Shown: in pieces, positions 1 through 9,732 of the stretch
How positions within the stretch are numbered: position 1 is the stretch's first letter
Layout: every line of letters begins with the position of its first letter
Assembly (NCBI GenBank): GCA_963815455.1
Contig: CAWFGO010000001.1
Span: 1,568,001-1,632,000, forward strand
Reading direction: 5' to 3'
DNA: 64,000 bases
From: an uncultured Verrucomicrobiae bacterium
GTDB taxonomy: Bacteria > Verrucomicrobiota > Verrucomicrobiia > Chthoniobacterales > UBA10450
The notes under the pieces: model-generated
The model's database searches: none
What the model was told of the DNA's origin: nothing
The model's input: the letters and a program-made list of their open reading frames with translations, nothing else
Position numbers and translations under genes: made by a program

Positions 1-1315
1 CGAGCTCGGTTAACTGATTGCTGATCGGTTCGACATCCAGACCTTTGGCCGCAAGCTTTTCCGAGACTGCGGTAAAATTCTTTTGCGCCGCGTCCAGTTG
101 AGTGATCGTCTTGTGAAAATAATCCGCCGTGACGATGCAATCGGGATTGTCTTTAGCGTATTGGCGATGGCAATCACCGCACAAGGCGCCCGGCCCGGTC
201 GCCAACATCGAATCGTGCGTCTTGAGGATGGCGTGATTGCCGTGGCACTTGCTGCACTCGGGCCAATTATGCTGGTCGAAGGCCTGCTTGTGTTTGCTGC
301 CGTCGAACAGACTGGCATTGGCCGAGTGGCAAAGACTGCAACTGCGACTTACTGATGCAACGCCCGGCGGAGTAGAGGCGTGGTTTCCATGACAGTCATT
401 GCACGCCGGCGCGCCCAGATCGCCGCGTCCGAGCAGGGCACGGCCATGCACGCTGGTACGATACTCGGCCAGTTGATTGGTCGGCAGCGGCGATCCGTCC
501 GGAAGTTTGAATCCGGCCATGATGGTGGAATTGGCATGACACGCGCCGCACGTTTCCGGCACGCGCTGGGCATAAACCTTCGATTGCGGATCCTTGGCGG
601 GGCGAATCCCGTGGACACCGTGGCAACTGACGCACGATGGCGCGCGATCGTCATGGTTCTCCAGTAACGTTCGACCGTGCGGGCTATCCTTGAACTTCGC
701 CAACTGATCGGTCGGCAACGAAGGATTAAATTCGTGCATCAAGGTCGGATCGGCATGGCAGCGCGCGCAGAATTGAACGACCCAGGCGCGATTCTTTTGG
801 CGGTTGCTGTCCGGCCATTCCTTTACAAAGGCGTGGCCCATGTCGGCGGTGGCATCGCCGCCGTGACAACCGGCACAGGAGAGGCCGCGACGAAAGTGAA
901 CATCCTCGGCAATCTCTTTAAGATTCATGTGCCCGGATGAAGGGCCCGAATTCGACGCGAGAGTGAAAAGGCCGTCGGGCGATTGGGCCTCCGAGTCGGT
1001 GTGGCATATGACACAATTGTTTTGCAGAAGGAGCTCCATTTTTTGCGGGCGCAACCCCAGCGCCAGCAGCACGGCCAGATGTTCCGGCCGCGTGATACGT
1101 TCCTTTTGCACGGCTTGGTTAAGAGCCTCCTTGAGATTGTCATTGAGGCCATCGAAATAGGCGCGCTCTGCAGAACTGATAATCAGTTTACCGTCTTTAT
1201 TTTTCGCAGCGAACATCTCGGCCAGTTTCGGCGTGGGGTTGGCCGAGCTTTGTCCCGCTCCGACAGAAGCCACCGATATCAAAAGAAAACCGGCGATGAT
1301 CGGAATCGTTCTCAA
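1..1315 (-). CDS. Secreted multiheme cytochrome c (at least 9 CxxCH), 3' end runs off the window; absent from the ORF track
   Basis: Manual translation from TTG at 1315 (TTGA overlap with the cytochrome b stop) gives MRTIPIIAGFLLISVASVG, a signal-like N-terminus, and is open to position 1. Motifs: CVICH, CAGCH, CARCH, CVSCH, CGACH, CNDCH, CSLCH, CSKCH, CGDCH. Confidence 0.92.
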   Translation of the reverse strand, partial: MRTIPIIAGFLLISVASVGAGQSSANPTPKLAEMFAAKNKDGKLIISSAERAYFDGLNDNLKEALNQAVQKERITRPEHLAVLLALGLRPQKMELLLQNNCVICHTDSEAQSPDGLFTLASNSGPSSGHMNLKEIAEDVHFRRGLSCAGCHGGDATADMGHAFVKEWPDSNRQKNRAWVVQFCARCHADPTLMHEFNPSLPTDQLAKFKDSPHGRTLLENHDDRAPSCVSCHGVHGIRPAKDPQSKVYAQRVPETCGACHANSTIMAGFKLPDGSPLPTNQLAEYRTSVHGRALLGRGDLGAPACNDCHGNHASTPPGVASVSRSCSLCHSANASLFDGSKHKQAFDQHNWPECSKCHGNHAILKTHDSMLATGPGALCGDCHRQYAKDNPDCIVTADYFHKTITQLDAAQKNFTAVSEKLAAKGLDVEPISNQLTEL

Positions 1316-2697
1316 GTTGAACCTCGCTCGTCGGGGCGCGACCCCATGAAATTTAGAGCGACAATGGCAAACACGGCCAGGGCCAGCGAGATCGTGCCCG
1401 CCAGCAAATAGGAAACACCCATTAATCCGTGCAAGGCTGTGTGTAACAATGCGGCCCCGGTCAGGACGAACCAGCGATGTTCGAATCGCCAAACTCGAAC
1501 AAGGATAACGATCCCGCCCGCCGCCAGGGTCCACCATGCGCACACCCGCGCCACGTTGTGCACCGAAGCCGGATCTTCGCCTGCTCCGATGGCCCCGATG
1601 TCCCAGCCCATCAGCGTCAAGTAGGTCAGAAACAAGAGCGCTGCCCAACCAAGATCGCTGAAGGCCGGCGATGACTTGTCCCGATAGGCGCGTCGATCAA
1701 GCCAGGGAATAATGGCCCAGATGCCAAACAAGATGCCGATCAGGAACAAGCAGACTTGCGGGCCCTCCAGGCCAAACAGATGCGGCGGAAATTCTTTGAG
1801 CAGCTGATATTCCCACAGGAAATACCATTCCGGTTTAATACCGGGATAGGCCGGCGCCATCGGGTCGGCTTTGTCGCCCATTTCCCAATCCATTCCCGGA
1901 ATACCGGGTCCGTAAGGAAGGAACACCGCCAGCGCCCCTAGCGCCATCAAACAGGCCAGCCACAACAACAGATCGCGTAGAGCGAAGCTGGGAAAGAATT
2001 TCATGCCGCGGGGCGCTACCTTTTCCCCCAGGGGCGGCGCCATGCCCTGCCGTTGAATCAAAAGCAGATGCAGACCGATCACGCCCACGAACGCCAAAGG
2101 CAGAATCACCACATGAGCGGCAAAAAATCGATACAGCGTGTTAATGGTGACATCCTGTCCGCCGCGCAAGACCTGCAACAGCCAGTCGCCCAGCAGCGGT
2201 ACCGAACGCACGATATTTGTGCCCACCGTCGTTGCGAAGTAGGCCAGCTTGTTCCAGGGGAGCAAATAGCCGGAGAAGCCGAAGCCCATCGTCAGCAGAA
2301 ATAACAGATAACCGGAAACCCAGGTCACTTCGCGAGGAGGGCGATAAGCCTTCAGCATCATGGTGCTGAACATGTGGAGCACCAGCGAGATGATCATCAG
2401 GTGGGCGCTCCAACTGTGCACCGAACGAATCAGCCAGCCGAAAGGGACCTTGGTCGTTAGGAAACGAATACTCTCGTAGGCGGTCGCTTCACCCGGTTGA
2501 TAGTACATCAGCAGGAGCACACCGGTGATCACCTGGACAACGAAAAAGAACATCGTGATCCCGCCCAGGTAATACCAGCCCATCCAGTGCGACCCCAACG
2601 GCACCTGCTTGTGACTCAGAAATTCCAGCAGCGGCGTTAGCTGATAACGCCGGTCGAGCCAGCCGCGCAATCCTTTGCCGTTTTCGGCGCCGTTCAT
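1312..2697 (-). CDS. Cytochrome b of a Rieske/cyt b (bc-type) complex, b6 and subunit IV portions in one chain
   Basis: Four heme-ligand His (RSVHSW, VLHMF, AAHVV, GLHLL), GFSGYLLPW, IKPEWYFL Qo-site motif. Start set at MNGAENG (2697), just after the Rieske stop. Confidence 0.93.
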   Translation of the reverse strand: MNGAENGKGLRGWLDRRYQLTPLLEFLSHKQVPLGSHWMGWYYLGGITMFFFVVQVITGVLLLMYYQPGEATAYESIRFLTTKVPFGWLIRSVHSWSAHLMIISLVLHMFSTMMLKAYRPPREVTWVSGYLLFLLTMGFGFSGYLLPWNKLAYFATTVGTNIVRSVPLLGDWLLQVLRGGQDVTINTLYRFFAAHVVILPLAFVGVIGLHLLLIQRQGMAPPLGEKVAPRGMKFFPSFALRDLLLWLACLMALGALAVFLPYGPGIPGMDWEMGDKADPMAPAYPGIKPEWYFLWEYQLLKEFPPHLFGLEGPQVCLFLIGILFGIWAIIPWLDRRAYRDKSSPAFSDLGWAALLFLTYLTLMGWDIGAIGAGEDPASVHNVARVCAWWTLAAGGIVILVRVWRFEHRWFVLTGAALLHTALHGLMGVSYLLAGTISLALAVFAIVALNFMGSRPDERGST

Positions 2698-2698
2698 G

Positions 2699-3166
2699 TC
2701 ATGCTTTCTCTTCAGAAATGACAATTCCGCCGTCCGGTTGTCGTTGGACTGCATATTTGGGCAGCGGGCGCGGCGGCGGCCCGGATAGCACGCGGCCGCT
2801 GAGATCGAATCGCCCATCATGACAGGGGCACCAAATGACGGACTGCGCCGGTTGAAACGTAACCGTGCAACCTTCATGCGTGCACTTGGCGCTGAAAGCG
2901 TGCAATTGATCGCCGGCCTGTAAGACCATCACGCGTTGCCCGCTTACCGGCACGATAACAAACTTGCTTTGCTCGAGCTTGGATGCCTCATCCCGGGTCA
3001 ACCGCGTCGGGCCGGTCGGTCCGGTCTGCGGCAGCGGTTTGAGATAACGAATCACCGGATAGGCCACGGCAGCCAGCCAGCCGAGGACGCTCGCGCCGAG
3101 CAGAAGATCGAGAAAATGGCGGCGCGATGTTGGCGAATTTGAAGTTGCTTCCGCGTGTTGCTCCAT
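2699..3166 (-). CDS. Rieske [2Fe-2S] protein of the bc-type complex
   Basis: Tat-like SRRHFL plus TM helix; CTHEGC and CPCHDG boxes; GPPPRPL. Confidence 0.95.
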   Translation of the reverse strand: MEQHAEATSNSPTSRRHFLDLLLGASVLGWLAAVAYPVIRYLKPLPQTGPTGPTRLTRDEASKLEQSKFVIVPVSGQRVMVLQAGDQLHAFSAKCTHEGCTVTFQPAQSVIWCPCHDGRFDLSGRVLSGPPPRPLPKYAVQRQPDGGIVISEEKA

Positions 3167-3175
3167 TGTGTTTTT

Positions 3176-5128
3176 CTAGCCGTCGGCGGCGACGGGCTCA
3201 AGCCTTTGTTGCCTCTTGTCACGCGACGAAACGCTCGCTTTGTGGAAGCTTTTCCAGCGCTCCAGCGGCATACTCGCCGTGGCCATGAGCGCGAGTTGGC
3301 TAACGATGAATCCCACCAGCCATGGAAACGCTTTTTGCATGAAGCCGTAGGAATGCAGACCGACTCCGAGCATGTTTACACCGAACCATGAAAAGCTGGT
3401 CACGACATTACCGAATATCGCCATGATCATCAGGCCGCGTTGCCGAATGAACCCGCCCCAGCGCGCGTGCAGAGTAATCGCGCACCAAAGGACAATCAGG
3501 ACGGCGCCGTTTTCTTTCGGGTCCCAGCCCCAGAAACGTCCCCATGATTGATCGGCCCAGATTCCACCGAGGACGGTACCGACGAAACTGAACAGCGTTG
3601 CGAAACAAACCACGCCATAGGTCATGCGGGCCAGCGAATCGGCCGTCTCCTTTTTCAAGGAACGCGTGAACACGCCGCGAACGACATAAATGATGGCCAG
3701 CATTCCGGCCAGGAACATTGCGGAGTAGCCGGTGGTGATGGCCACGACATGCGTGGCCAGCCAGATGTTGGTGTCGAGCACGGCTTGCAACATCTCGAGC
3801 GTGTCGCCGCTGCCGGCGAGATGATGGGCGATGATTAGTGTGATAAACCCGATTGCGCCGGCGCAGGCCGCGCCGATGCCGTCCCGGAAAATCCGTTCGA
3901 GAATGAGCGCCACGATGACCGCGCCCCAGCCGATGAAAATGGCGGATGAATAAAGATTCGTGACCGGTGGCCGTTCCTGGAGATACATCCGCGAGACCAA
4001 TCCAAAGGTATGAATGGCCAGGGCTAGCAGCAGGAGATAAAACGCGGAACGGCTCAGCACCCGGCTCCAGCCCAGCCATGAGAAACAGGCGAGCAGGAAA
4101 GCAAGGACGTAAAGAGCCATGCTTTGGCTGAAAGGCTGGAGCCGATTGAACAGGAATTCGAACGATGTCCGTTTCGTCGCGTTCGGCTGTTCTTTCGCGA
4201 ACCAACCGGTCATTAGATCGACATCTTGATTGAACAACGAATGATCGCCCGCGCGGTAGGCGTCGCCGATGACCGCGTAATCCTTGACGATTGGATGAAT
4301 TTCTCCCGTGCCTACCGAATGCAACAGACTGTCGCCGATCGATCGCCATTCACCGGTTCCCGTAGCCGGGATCGCTGATCCCGGCATGTCCGCAGGCGGC
4401 ACGGCCAGGATGTAGGCCATGTCCGACAACTTCTCGTAGCGCTCCATCAGCCCGGCCACGTCGTTGAGCTTCGTTTTGTCGAAATTTTCTCCGGCCTGCG
4501 CGTTGCCGCGCGGCTTTTCCCGCAGCCGGGACGCTGTTGGCGAACGCTTCCAGTTCGGCCGCGAAATTCTCGTCCCCTTCGGGCTGCACACTGTTTTTCA
4601 ACCGTTGATATAACACCAGGGCATTGCGCAGATTCAGGATCGCGTTCTGATAGGCCGAACGCTGCACCGATTCGAGCTTGTCCGATTGCGTGCCCTGCTC
4701 ATCGATCTGTTTCAGGAACGGCAAGAATTCGGCAAAGCTGAAATATTTCCGGTCACTTTGTTCCCAAGCCGAACAGAGCCGAGAACGTCGGCGTTTTGGA
4801 CCAAGGAATCACCGGATATTGATCGGCAACAGGATCGCATTAAAGAGGAACATCGGTGAGCCACTGCATCGCAGCTGAGAGCGCGTCGGCCACTTCGAAA
4901 CGAAGACGAGCCGAGTTCCGAGATGACTCCTGTTTGCCATGAATGATCAGCAGCGAATTGCGCGCGACAGTATCGAGCGGCTTAACGCGTCCGCCGACCA
5001 GCACTGGAACTTTCCGAAACTGCGCAAGATCGAAATCGCCTCTTCGCGGGCTTGCTGCGGCAACCAATTCGCCGCGATCCAACTCGCGGCCAGAGCACAG
5101 AACAATCCAGGGAACGAAAACGTTTCAT
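3176..5128 (-). CDS. ccsA: Cytochrome c biogenesis protein CcsA (System II) with long N-terminal periplasmic region; frameshifted in this sequence
   Basis: WWD domain WADQSWGRFWGWDPKEN and GLHSYGF in ORF 3176..4591. N-terminal pieces lie in ORFs 4350..4724 and 4840..5082 (GRVKPLDTVARN). ATG at 5128. Confidence 0.85.
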
Positions 5129-6290
5129 ACCAGCGCAGCCCTCCGTCTTTTTTGCAAACCCGACCAGATGAAAACCGAATTGCACAAGCAAACCGGCTGC
5201 GACAATCACGCAGGCCACATACGGCGCGATGAAGCTCGGGTTGTGCACCACTTGGAGGATCGTCGCCGAATCATCCTTCTGGAATCCCGCCTGATAAAAC
5301 GTTTCGCCGCGATATCGCAGCGGATGATTCATATAGATCAACACGTCGCGATTCACCGAGCGCTCGGGATCAATCAGGGTGACTTTGCTCGAGAAATCTT
5401 TTGGGATTTCGGTGCCGGCGTAACGCGCATGAGTGAATTTTTGCAATGTGACGCTGTAGGGCTTGTAATAACGCGCGGGGCGCAGAGTGATCATCCAGGT
5501 GCGCCCATCGCAGGAAAATGTTTGCGGCGCGCCCGAGCGCATCCGAGACCAGCCAGGTGCCAAGCGAACTTCCCGATTTTTTGGGGACGAACTCGATTGC
5601 CGCGCTCGTTACATCGCGTTCGTCGATTCCGGTAGCCCGCGGGGCCGCTTCGACGGCGATCAGTGGCGCCGGGCCCTTTATCGGCGATCGGCCGGCCGTT
5701 ACTGCCCGCTTCGCTCAACATTTTGAGGCGGGAGTTCTGAAAATAATTCTTCACCACGATTCGAAATGGCAGACTGGAATGGTCAATGATCCGGTTCTGT
5801 CTTCAACACCGCCTCGGGGATTGCAGTCACCTTGATCGAAATCGCTGTTGCTGGTATCGATCACCGCCAACTCCATATCCTGCCTGTCTTCGGAATAATT
5901 TTTTGTCTCGCCGCCGGCCAATTGCATATGGCTCTCGACCGCAAAAAGATCGGTAAACAACCCGCCAGCGAGCATGATGATCAAGCCGGCGTGGGTGAGA
6001 TGAATGCCGAGTTTTTGCCAGGCCCACCGAAAACGTTTCGCGTGCGCAGCGACAAGATTAATAAGCAGCACCGCGCCGATGAGATGGCCGCCTGGAAAGA
6101 CCGGAATCTTAAAGCCGCGGCTTTCCGGCGGCCACCAGACAAACATGCTCTGAAAATAACGCTCCTGCGCCTCGTGAATTCCGAGATGAACCTGCGCCAT
6201 CGTGCCGGCGAAGATCAACACCATGCCTGCGGCAAGACAGATGATCGTCAGCTTGAGCGACGTGAAGAGATCAACGAATCGGCGCCACAT
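5125..6290 (-). CDS. ResB/CcsB-like cytochrome c biogenesis protein; frameshifted in this sequence
   Basis: FTSLKLTI...FAGTMAQ, GIHLTHAGL, and C-terminal IPKDFSS...MNHPLRYRGETFYQAGF, spread over ORFs 5751..6290, 5491..5757 and 4982..5563. Removing one A from a homopolymer near 5150 gives a stop overlapping the ccsA ATG. Confidence 0.8.
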
Positions 6291-6295
6291 TTGGA

Positions 6296-7380
6296 TTACG
6301 AATTAAACTGAATCGAGCGAACAAAATCGAGAAACTTCGATTTCTCGCGCTCGACCGAAGGGCTCGGGCCGTTCATTTTGAAAAACCAGCTCCGGCCATC
6401 CCGCCGCGTCCAGGCAGAAATGATCCGCGAATCTCCGCCTATCATATCGAGGGTCGAAAAGTTTGTGCCTCCCGCGTTCATCGGAACAATCAACGATTGG
6501 ATTTTCGCGTCATCGGCCGGGGCGAGGCCGATCTGACGCCGCCAGCGATTAACGTTCTCGGTGTCGCTTCCGCCATCGCCGGGGAAGGTAACGATGGAGA
6601 TGTCGATCTTGGCGCCGTTCTCTCCCGATGCGTTGAAGCTGGCGTAGCGCATCGATGAAGCCGGCACTTCCGTCCAGCCTTCAGGCGTTTTCCATTTGAT
6701 CTGCGGCGCCACTGAATCCGGCGGCGGCATCGCTGCCGCCATTGGCGGCGATTTACTTTCCGTCTCCGCATTACAAACCGCTGCCACCCATTTAATGAAC
6801 TCGGCCTTCTGCGCCTCGGTCAGCGCGGCGTTGCCACGCATCTTGAAAAACAGCGTCGAGTCGCTGGTGGGCGCGATCGCGGCGATGATTCTGCCGTCCT
6901 TGGCCGGATCGGCATCCTTGGGCAGCCCGGCAAGATCGACAATCGTCACTTCGCCTATCGTTGTCGTCAGCCGTTCCGCGATCTTCGCTAGTTTTTCTTC
7001 GAGATCGGCGGCTGGCCGAGCTGATCGAGCCAGCGATTCACATTATCGAGCACGTTGGCGGCGGCCGGGCCAAGGCCTACCAGCGAAATATCTGCGACCG
7101 CGCCGTTTTCTCCTTTGACGAGGAAACTTGCCCGACGCATTTGCGAAAGCGGCTGCGTCTCCCAGCCTGGCGGCGTGTTCACCGCGACCGATGCGACTGG
7201 CGCCATGCCGCCGGAGAACGCGGGCGAACCCGCATTTGTCGGCATGGCGTTTCCTTGAGCGGGCGCGGACTCTTCGAGCGGCGCCTTGGAAACCCGGTAG
7301 ACCTTGATCTCCGATTTCCGATCGCAACCTGCAATCAGCGCCGCGAATAAGCCCACATAAACCAGACGCCCTTTCATCAT
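6296..7380 (-). CDS. Uncharacterised lipoprotein with two internally repeated domains (NVNRW motif); one frameshift near 6995
   Basis: Lipobox LIAGC. Repeat 1: PPGWETQPLSQMRRASF...NVNRWLDQLG (ORF 6988..7380). Repeat 2: PEGWTEVPASSMRYASF...NVNRWRRQIG (ORF 6296..6949). Confidence 0.75.
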
Positions 7381-7386
7381 AAAAAG

Positions 7387-8874
7387 CTATTTCTGAACAC
7401 CGCCATTATGACACTCGCTGCAGGAAAACTCGGAATATTCCGAATCGATGTGGATGAAATCGTGTCCCTTGGCATTTATCTGGGTGAAAGCTTCCCCGCT
7501 TCCTTGCGCAAGAATGAGGTGGCAGGATCTGCAATCGCTCGCCTTGATTGACGTCTTTCCGTCAGCCGCGACGTGTTTTCCGTCGTGGCATCGGAAACAT
7601 CCGTTCCAATTCTTGTGACCAACGAAATCGGGATGTGTCCGCCAATCGGCCTTTACTTCGGGAAAGAAATTCGCGCGATAGATTTTCTGAGCCTCGCTGA
7701 TGATCGGCCCGGCCTGGGCTGGGTTGGGATAGGCTTCGCGCAATGACTTGGCGATGCCGTGCTCGGCCTCCGCCTGGGTGTTGTAGGGCTGCACCAACGC
7801 CGCCACCACTTTGGCTTTGATCCAGGGAATACTGGAATCTAGCTGGCTGGTCATTAAAGCGAGATCGACAGCGTCGTTTGGGGTGCGGATTTTGTGGGCC
7901 GGGCGGCTGTGACAATCCATGCAATCCATTCGGCGAATGCGATGATTGGCCGGATCATCCTTGAATTCCGGCGTGCGATATTCTGTGACCTCGCCCCGCG
8001 GATTCGTCAGTCTCACCCAGGCAATGTTCAGAAGCTGATCGTCGGTCGCGATGTACTCGATTTTGTTGGCGATATTCATATGCCAGTGAATGCCGCCCTC
8101 CGGACCATTAGCTGGATCGCCTCCGCCGACATTCAGTAATAGGCGCACGGCGAATGGCGTATTTTTTTCGTCCGAAAGGAAATGCTGGTAGGTGCGCTCG
8201 ACGTTGCCGACATACTTGCTCGGCCAATGGCATTGCTCGCAAATTGCCTGAGCCGGGCGTGGATTGGCCGCGGTGACGCGGATGGGGCGATCAAAATCGT
8301 TTGCCACCGTGTGATAGAGCTGTTTCACACCGTTGATTTTTGTTTTGAAGTAGGCGGCCGCGCCCGGACCGACGTGGCAGGCCACACATTCAACCCTGGC
8401 GTGGGCGGTATGCTGCGAAGTAACGAACTCCGGCTCCATGGGAACATGGCAGCTCTTGCCACAGAATTGGACCGACTCGGTGTATTGGTAGGTCTGGTAA
8501 CTGCCCAGAGCCGTGACAAACAACAGGGCGACAGCGCCGGCCACGAAAACCCCGAGAATCTTGCGGTCGCGCGGCCGGGATAGATCGATGTTGATTACGA
8601 GGGCCCGGGCGCCCCGCGCTTCCCGGCGTTCGCTCCGCCGTTGGAAGAGAACGCCAACCAGGGTAAGGATAATCCCCAGGAGGAAAAAACCCGGCACTAC
8701 CAGATAGGCCAGGATCCCGACATAGGGATTGCGATGGCCGGCAAACTGGTCGATCGCGAAAAGAAGAAGAAACGAGAAAAGGGCGCTCGCCGAAAGCAGG
8801 AGACCGGTCCAGCTAATCCAGTTGCGAAACTGGCGCTTTAGAGACCGGGGTGGCGCGGAAGCATCAGGCATCAC
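7387..8874 (-). CDS. Membrane-anchored NapC/NirT-family heptaheme cytochrome c (ImcH-like quinone-interacting cytochrome)
   Basis: Three N-terminal hydrophobic segments, then the NapC-like start YTESVQFCGKSCHVPM. Motifs: CGKSCH (Cx3CH), CVACH, CEQCH, CMDCH, CFRCH, CRSCH, CSECH. Confidence 0.88.
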   Translation of the reverse strand: MMPDASAPPRSLKRQFRNWISWTGLLLSASALFSFLLLFAIDQFAGHRNPYVGILAYLVVPGFFLLGIILTLVGVLFQRRSERREARGARALVINIDLSRPRDRKILGVFVAGAVALLFVTALGSYQTYQYTESVQFCGKSCHVPMEPEFVTSQHTAHARVECVACHVGPGAAAYFKTKINGVKQLYHTVANDFDRPIRVTAANPRPAQAICEQCHWPSKYVGNVERTYQHFLSDEKNTPFAVRLLLNVGGGDPANGPEGGIHWHMNIANKIEYIATDDQLLNIAWVRLTNPRGEVTEYRTPEFKDDPANHRIRRMDCMDCHSRPAHKIRTPNDAVDLALMTSQLDSSIPWIKAKVVAALVQPYNTQAEAEHGIAKSLREAYPNPAQAGPIISEAQKIYRANFFPEVKADWRTHPDFVGHKNWNGCFRCHDGKHVAADGKTSIKASDCRSCHLILAQGSGEAFTQINAKGHDFIHIDSEYSEFSCSECHNGGVQK

Positions 8875-9006
8875 TCAATTATCTGCGGAATTGTTTCGGA
8901 AATAATCTCACACCCCTGCCTCTCGATCTTGCAATCAAGATCGACAATTTTATCTGCGGCGATCGGTTCGCCCACCGATCAATTTTCCCCCACCGAGTTT
9001 CGCCGG

Positions 9007-9336
9007 CTACTTCTTAAAAGAACGGATATGAGCAACCAGCGCCTTGATGTCGGCATCGGAAAGCTTCGCGCCGAACGGTTTCATCTTCTCCTTGCCGCCT
9101 TCCTTCACCCCGTCCTTGATCGCGCTGGTCATCTCGGCATCGCTAAACGCCGCCTGGACCTTGGCATCGCGGTAATCTTTTACCGCCAACTTCTTGCCCA
9201 TCATCGTGCTCCCGCTGCCATCTTTCCCGTGGCAGGAGGCGCAATGCTGGTTCCAATTCGCGCCGGCGTCCGCGGCAAAGGCAGCGGCGGCTGAGGCGAT
9301 CATTGCTGTCATTAAGAGGCATATTTTTCGTTTCAT
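9007..9336 (-). CDS. Periplasmic class I monoheme cytochrome c
   Basis: Signal peptide ending AFA; CASCH; distal Met candidate in KMKPF; LSDADIKALVAHI. Confidence 0.92.
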   Translation of the reverse strand: MKRKICLLMTAMIASAAAAFAADAGANWNQHCASCHGKDGSGSTMMGKKLAVKDYRDAKVQAAFSDAEMTSAIKDGVKEGGKEKMKPFGAKLSDADIKALVAHIRSFKK

Positions 9337-9374
9337 AAGATTCGGTCCTTCAAAGCAAAATTGGAGCTGATTGC

Positions 9375-9719
9375 CTATTTCTTCAACGTACGAACGTAAG
9401 CCACGAGCGCTTTGATCTCGTCATCGGTTAATTTCCCGCCGAAGGCTTTCATCGTCATCTTGCCGTTTTGCTTGACGCCCTCCTTAATCGATTGCGTGGC
9501 CTTGGCATCGGTGAATTCGGCCTGGACCTTGGGATCGGTCAGATCCTTTGCGTTCAATATTTTGCCCATTTTCGTGTCGGCGTGCCCATCTTTCCCGTGG
9601 CATTGCACGCAGTTTGCATCCCAGTTGGCTTTCGCGTCCGCCGCGCGAGCGGAAATTGCCGGGACACAGCATATGGCGATTACGAGGGCGACGATTGTTT
9701 TCATTTGATGATCCTTCAT
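9375..9719 (-). CDS. Periplasmic class I monoheme cytochrome c, paralog of the adjacent gene
   Basis: Signal peptide; CVQCH; TMKAF; LTDDEIKALVAYV. Start may be 9704. Confidence 0.92.
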   Translation of the reverse strand: MKDHQMKTIVALVIAICCVPAISARAADAKANWDANCVQCHGKDGHADTKMGKILNAKDLTDPKVQAEFTDAKATQSIKEGVKQNGKMTMKAFGGKLTDDEIKALVAYVRTLKK

Positions 9720-9732
9720 TAGTTAGGCGAGT

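Noticed and set aside
1312..2877. Long N-terminal extensions in the ORF track (cytochrome b, M28 peptidase, DHODH-like, transketolase-like, rpmE)
   Set aside because: They overlap neighbouring genes; downstream starts with stop/start coupling fit family N-termini better.
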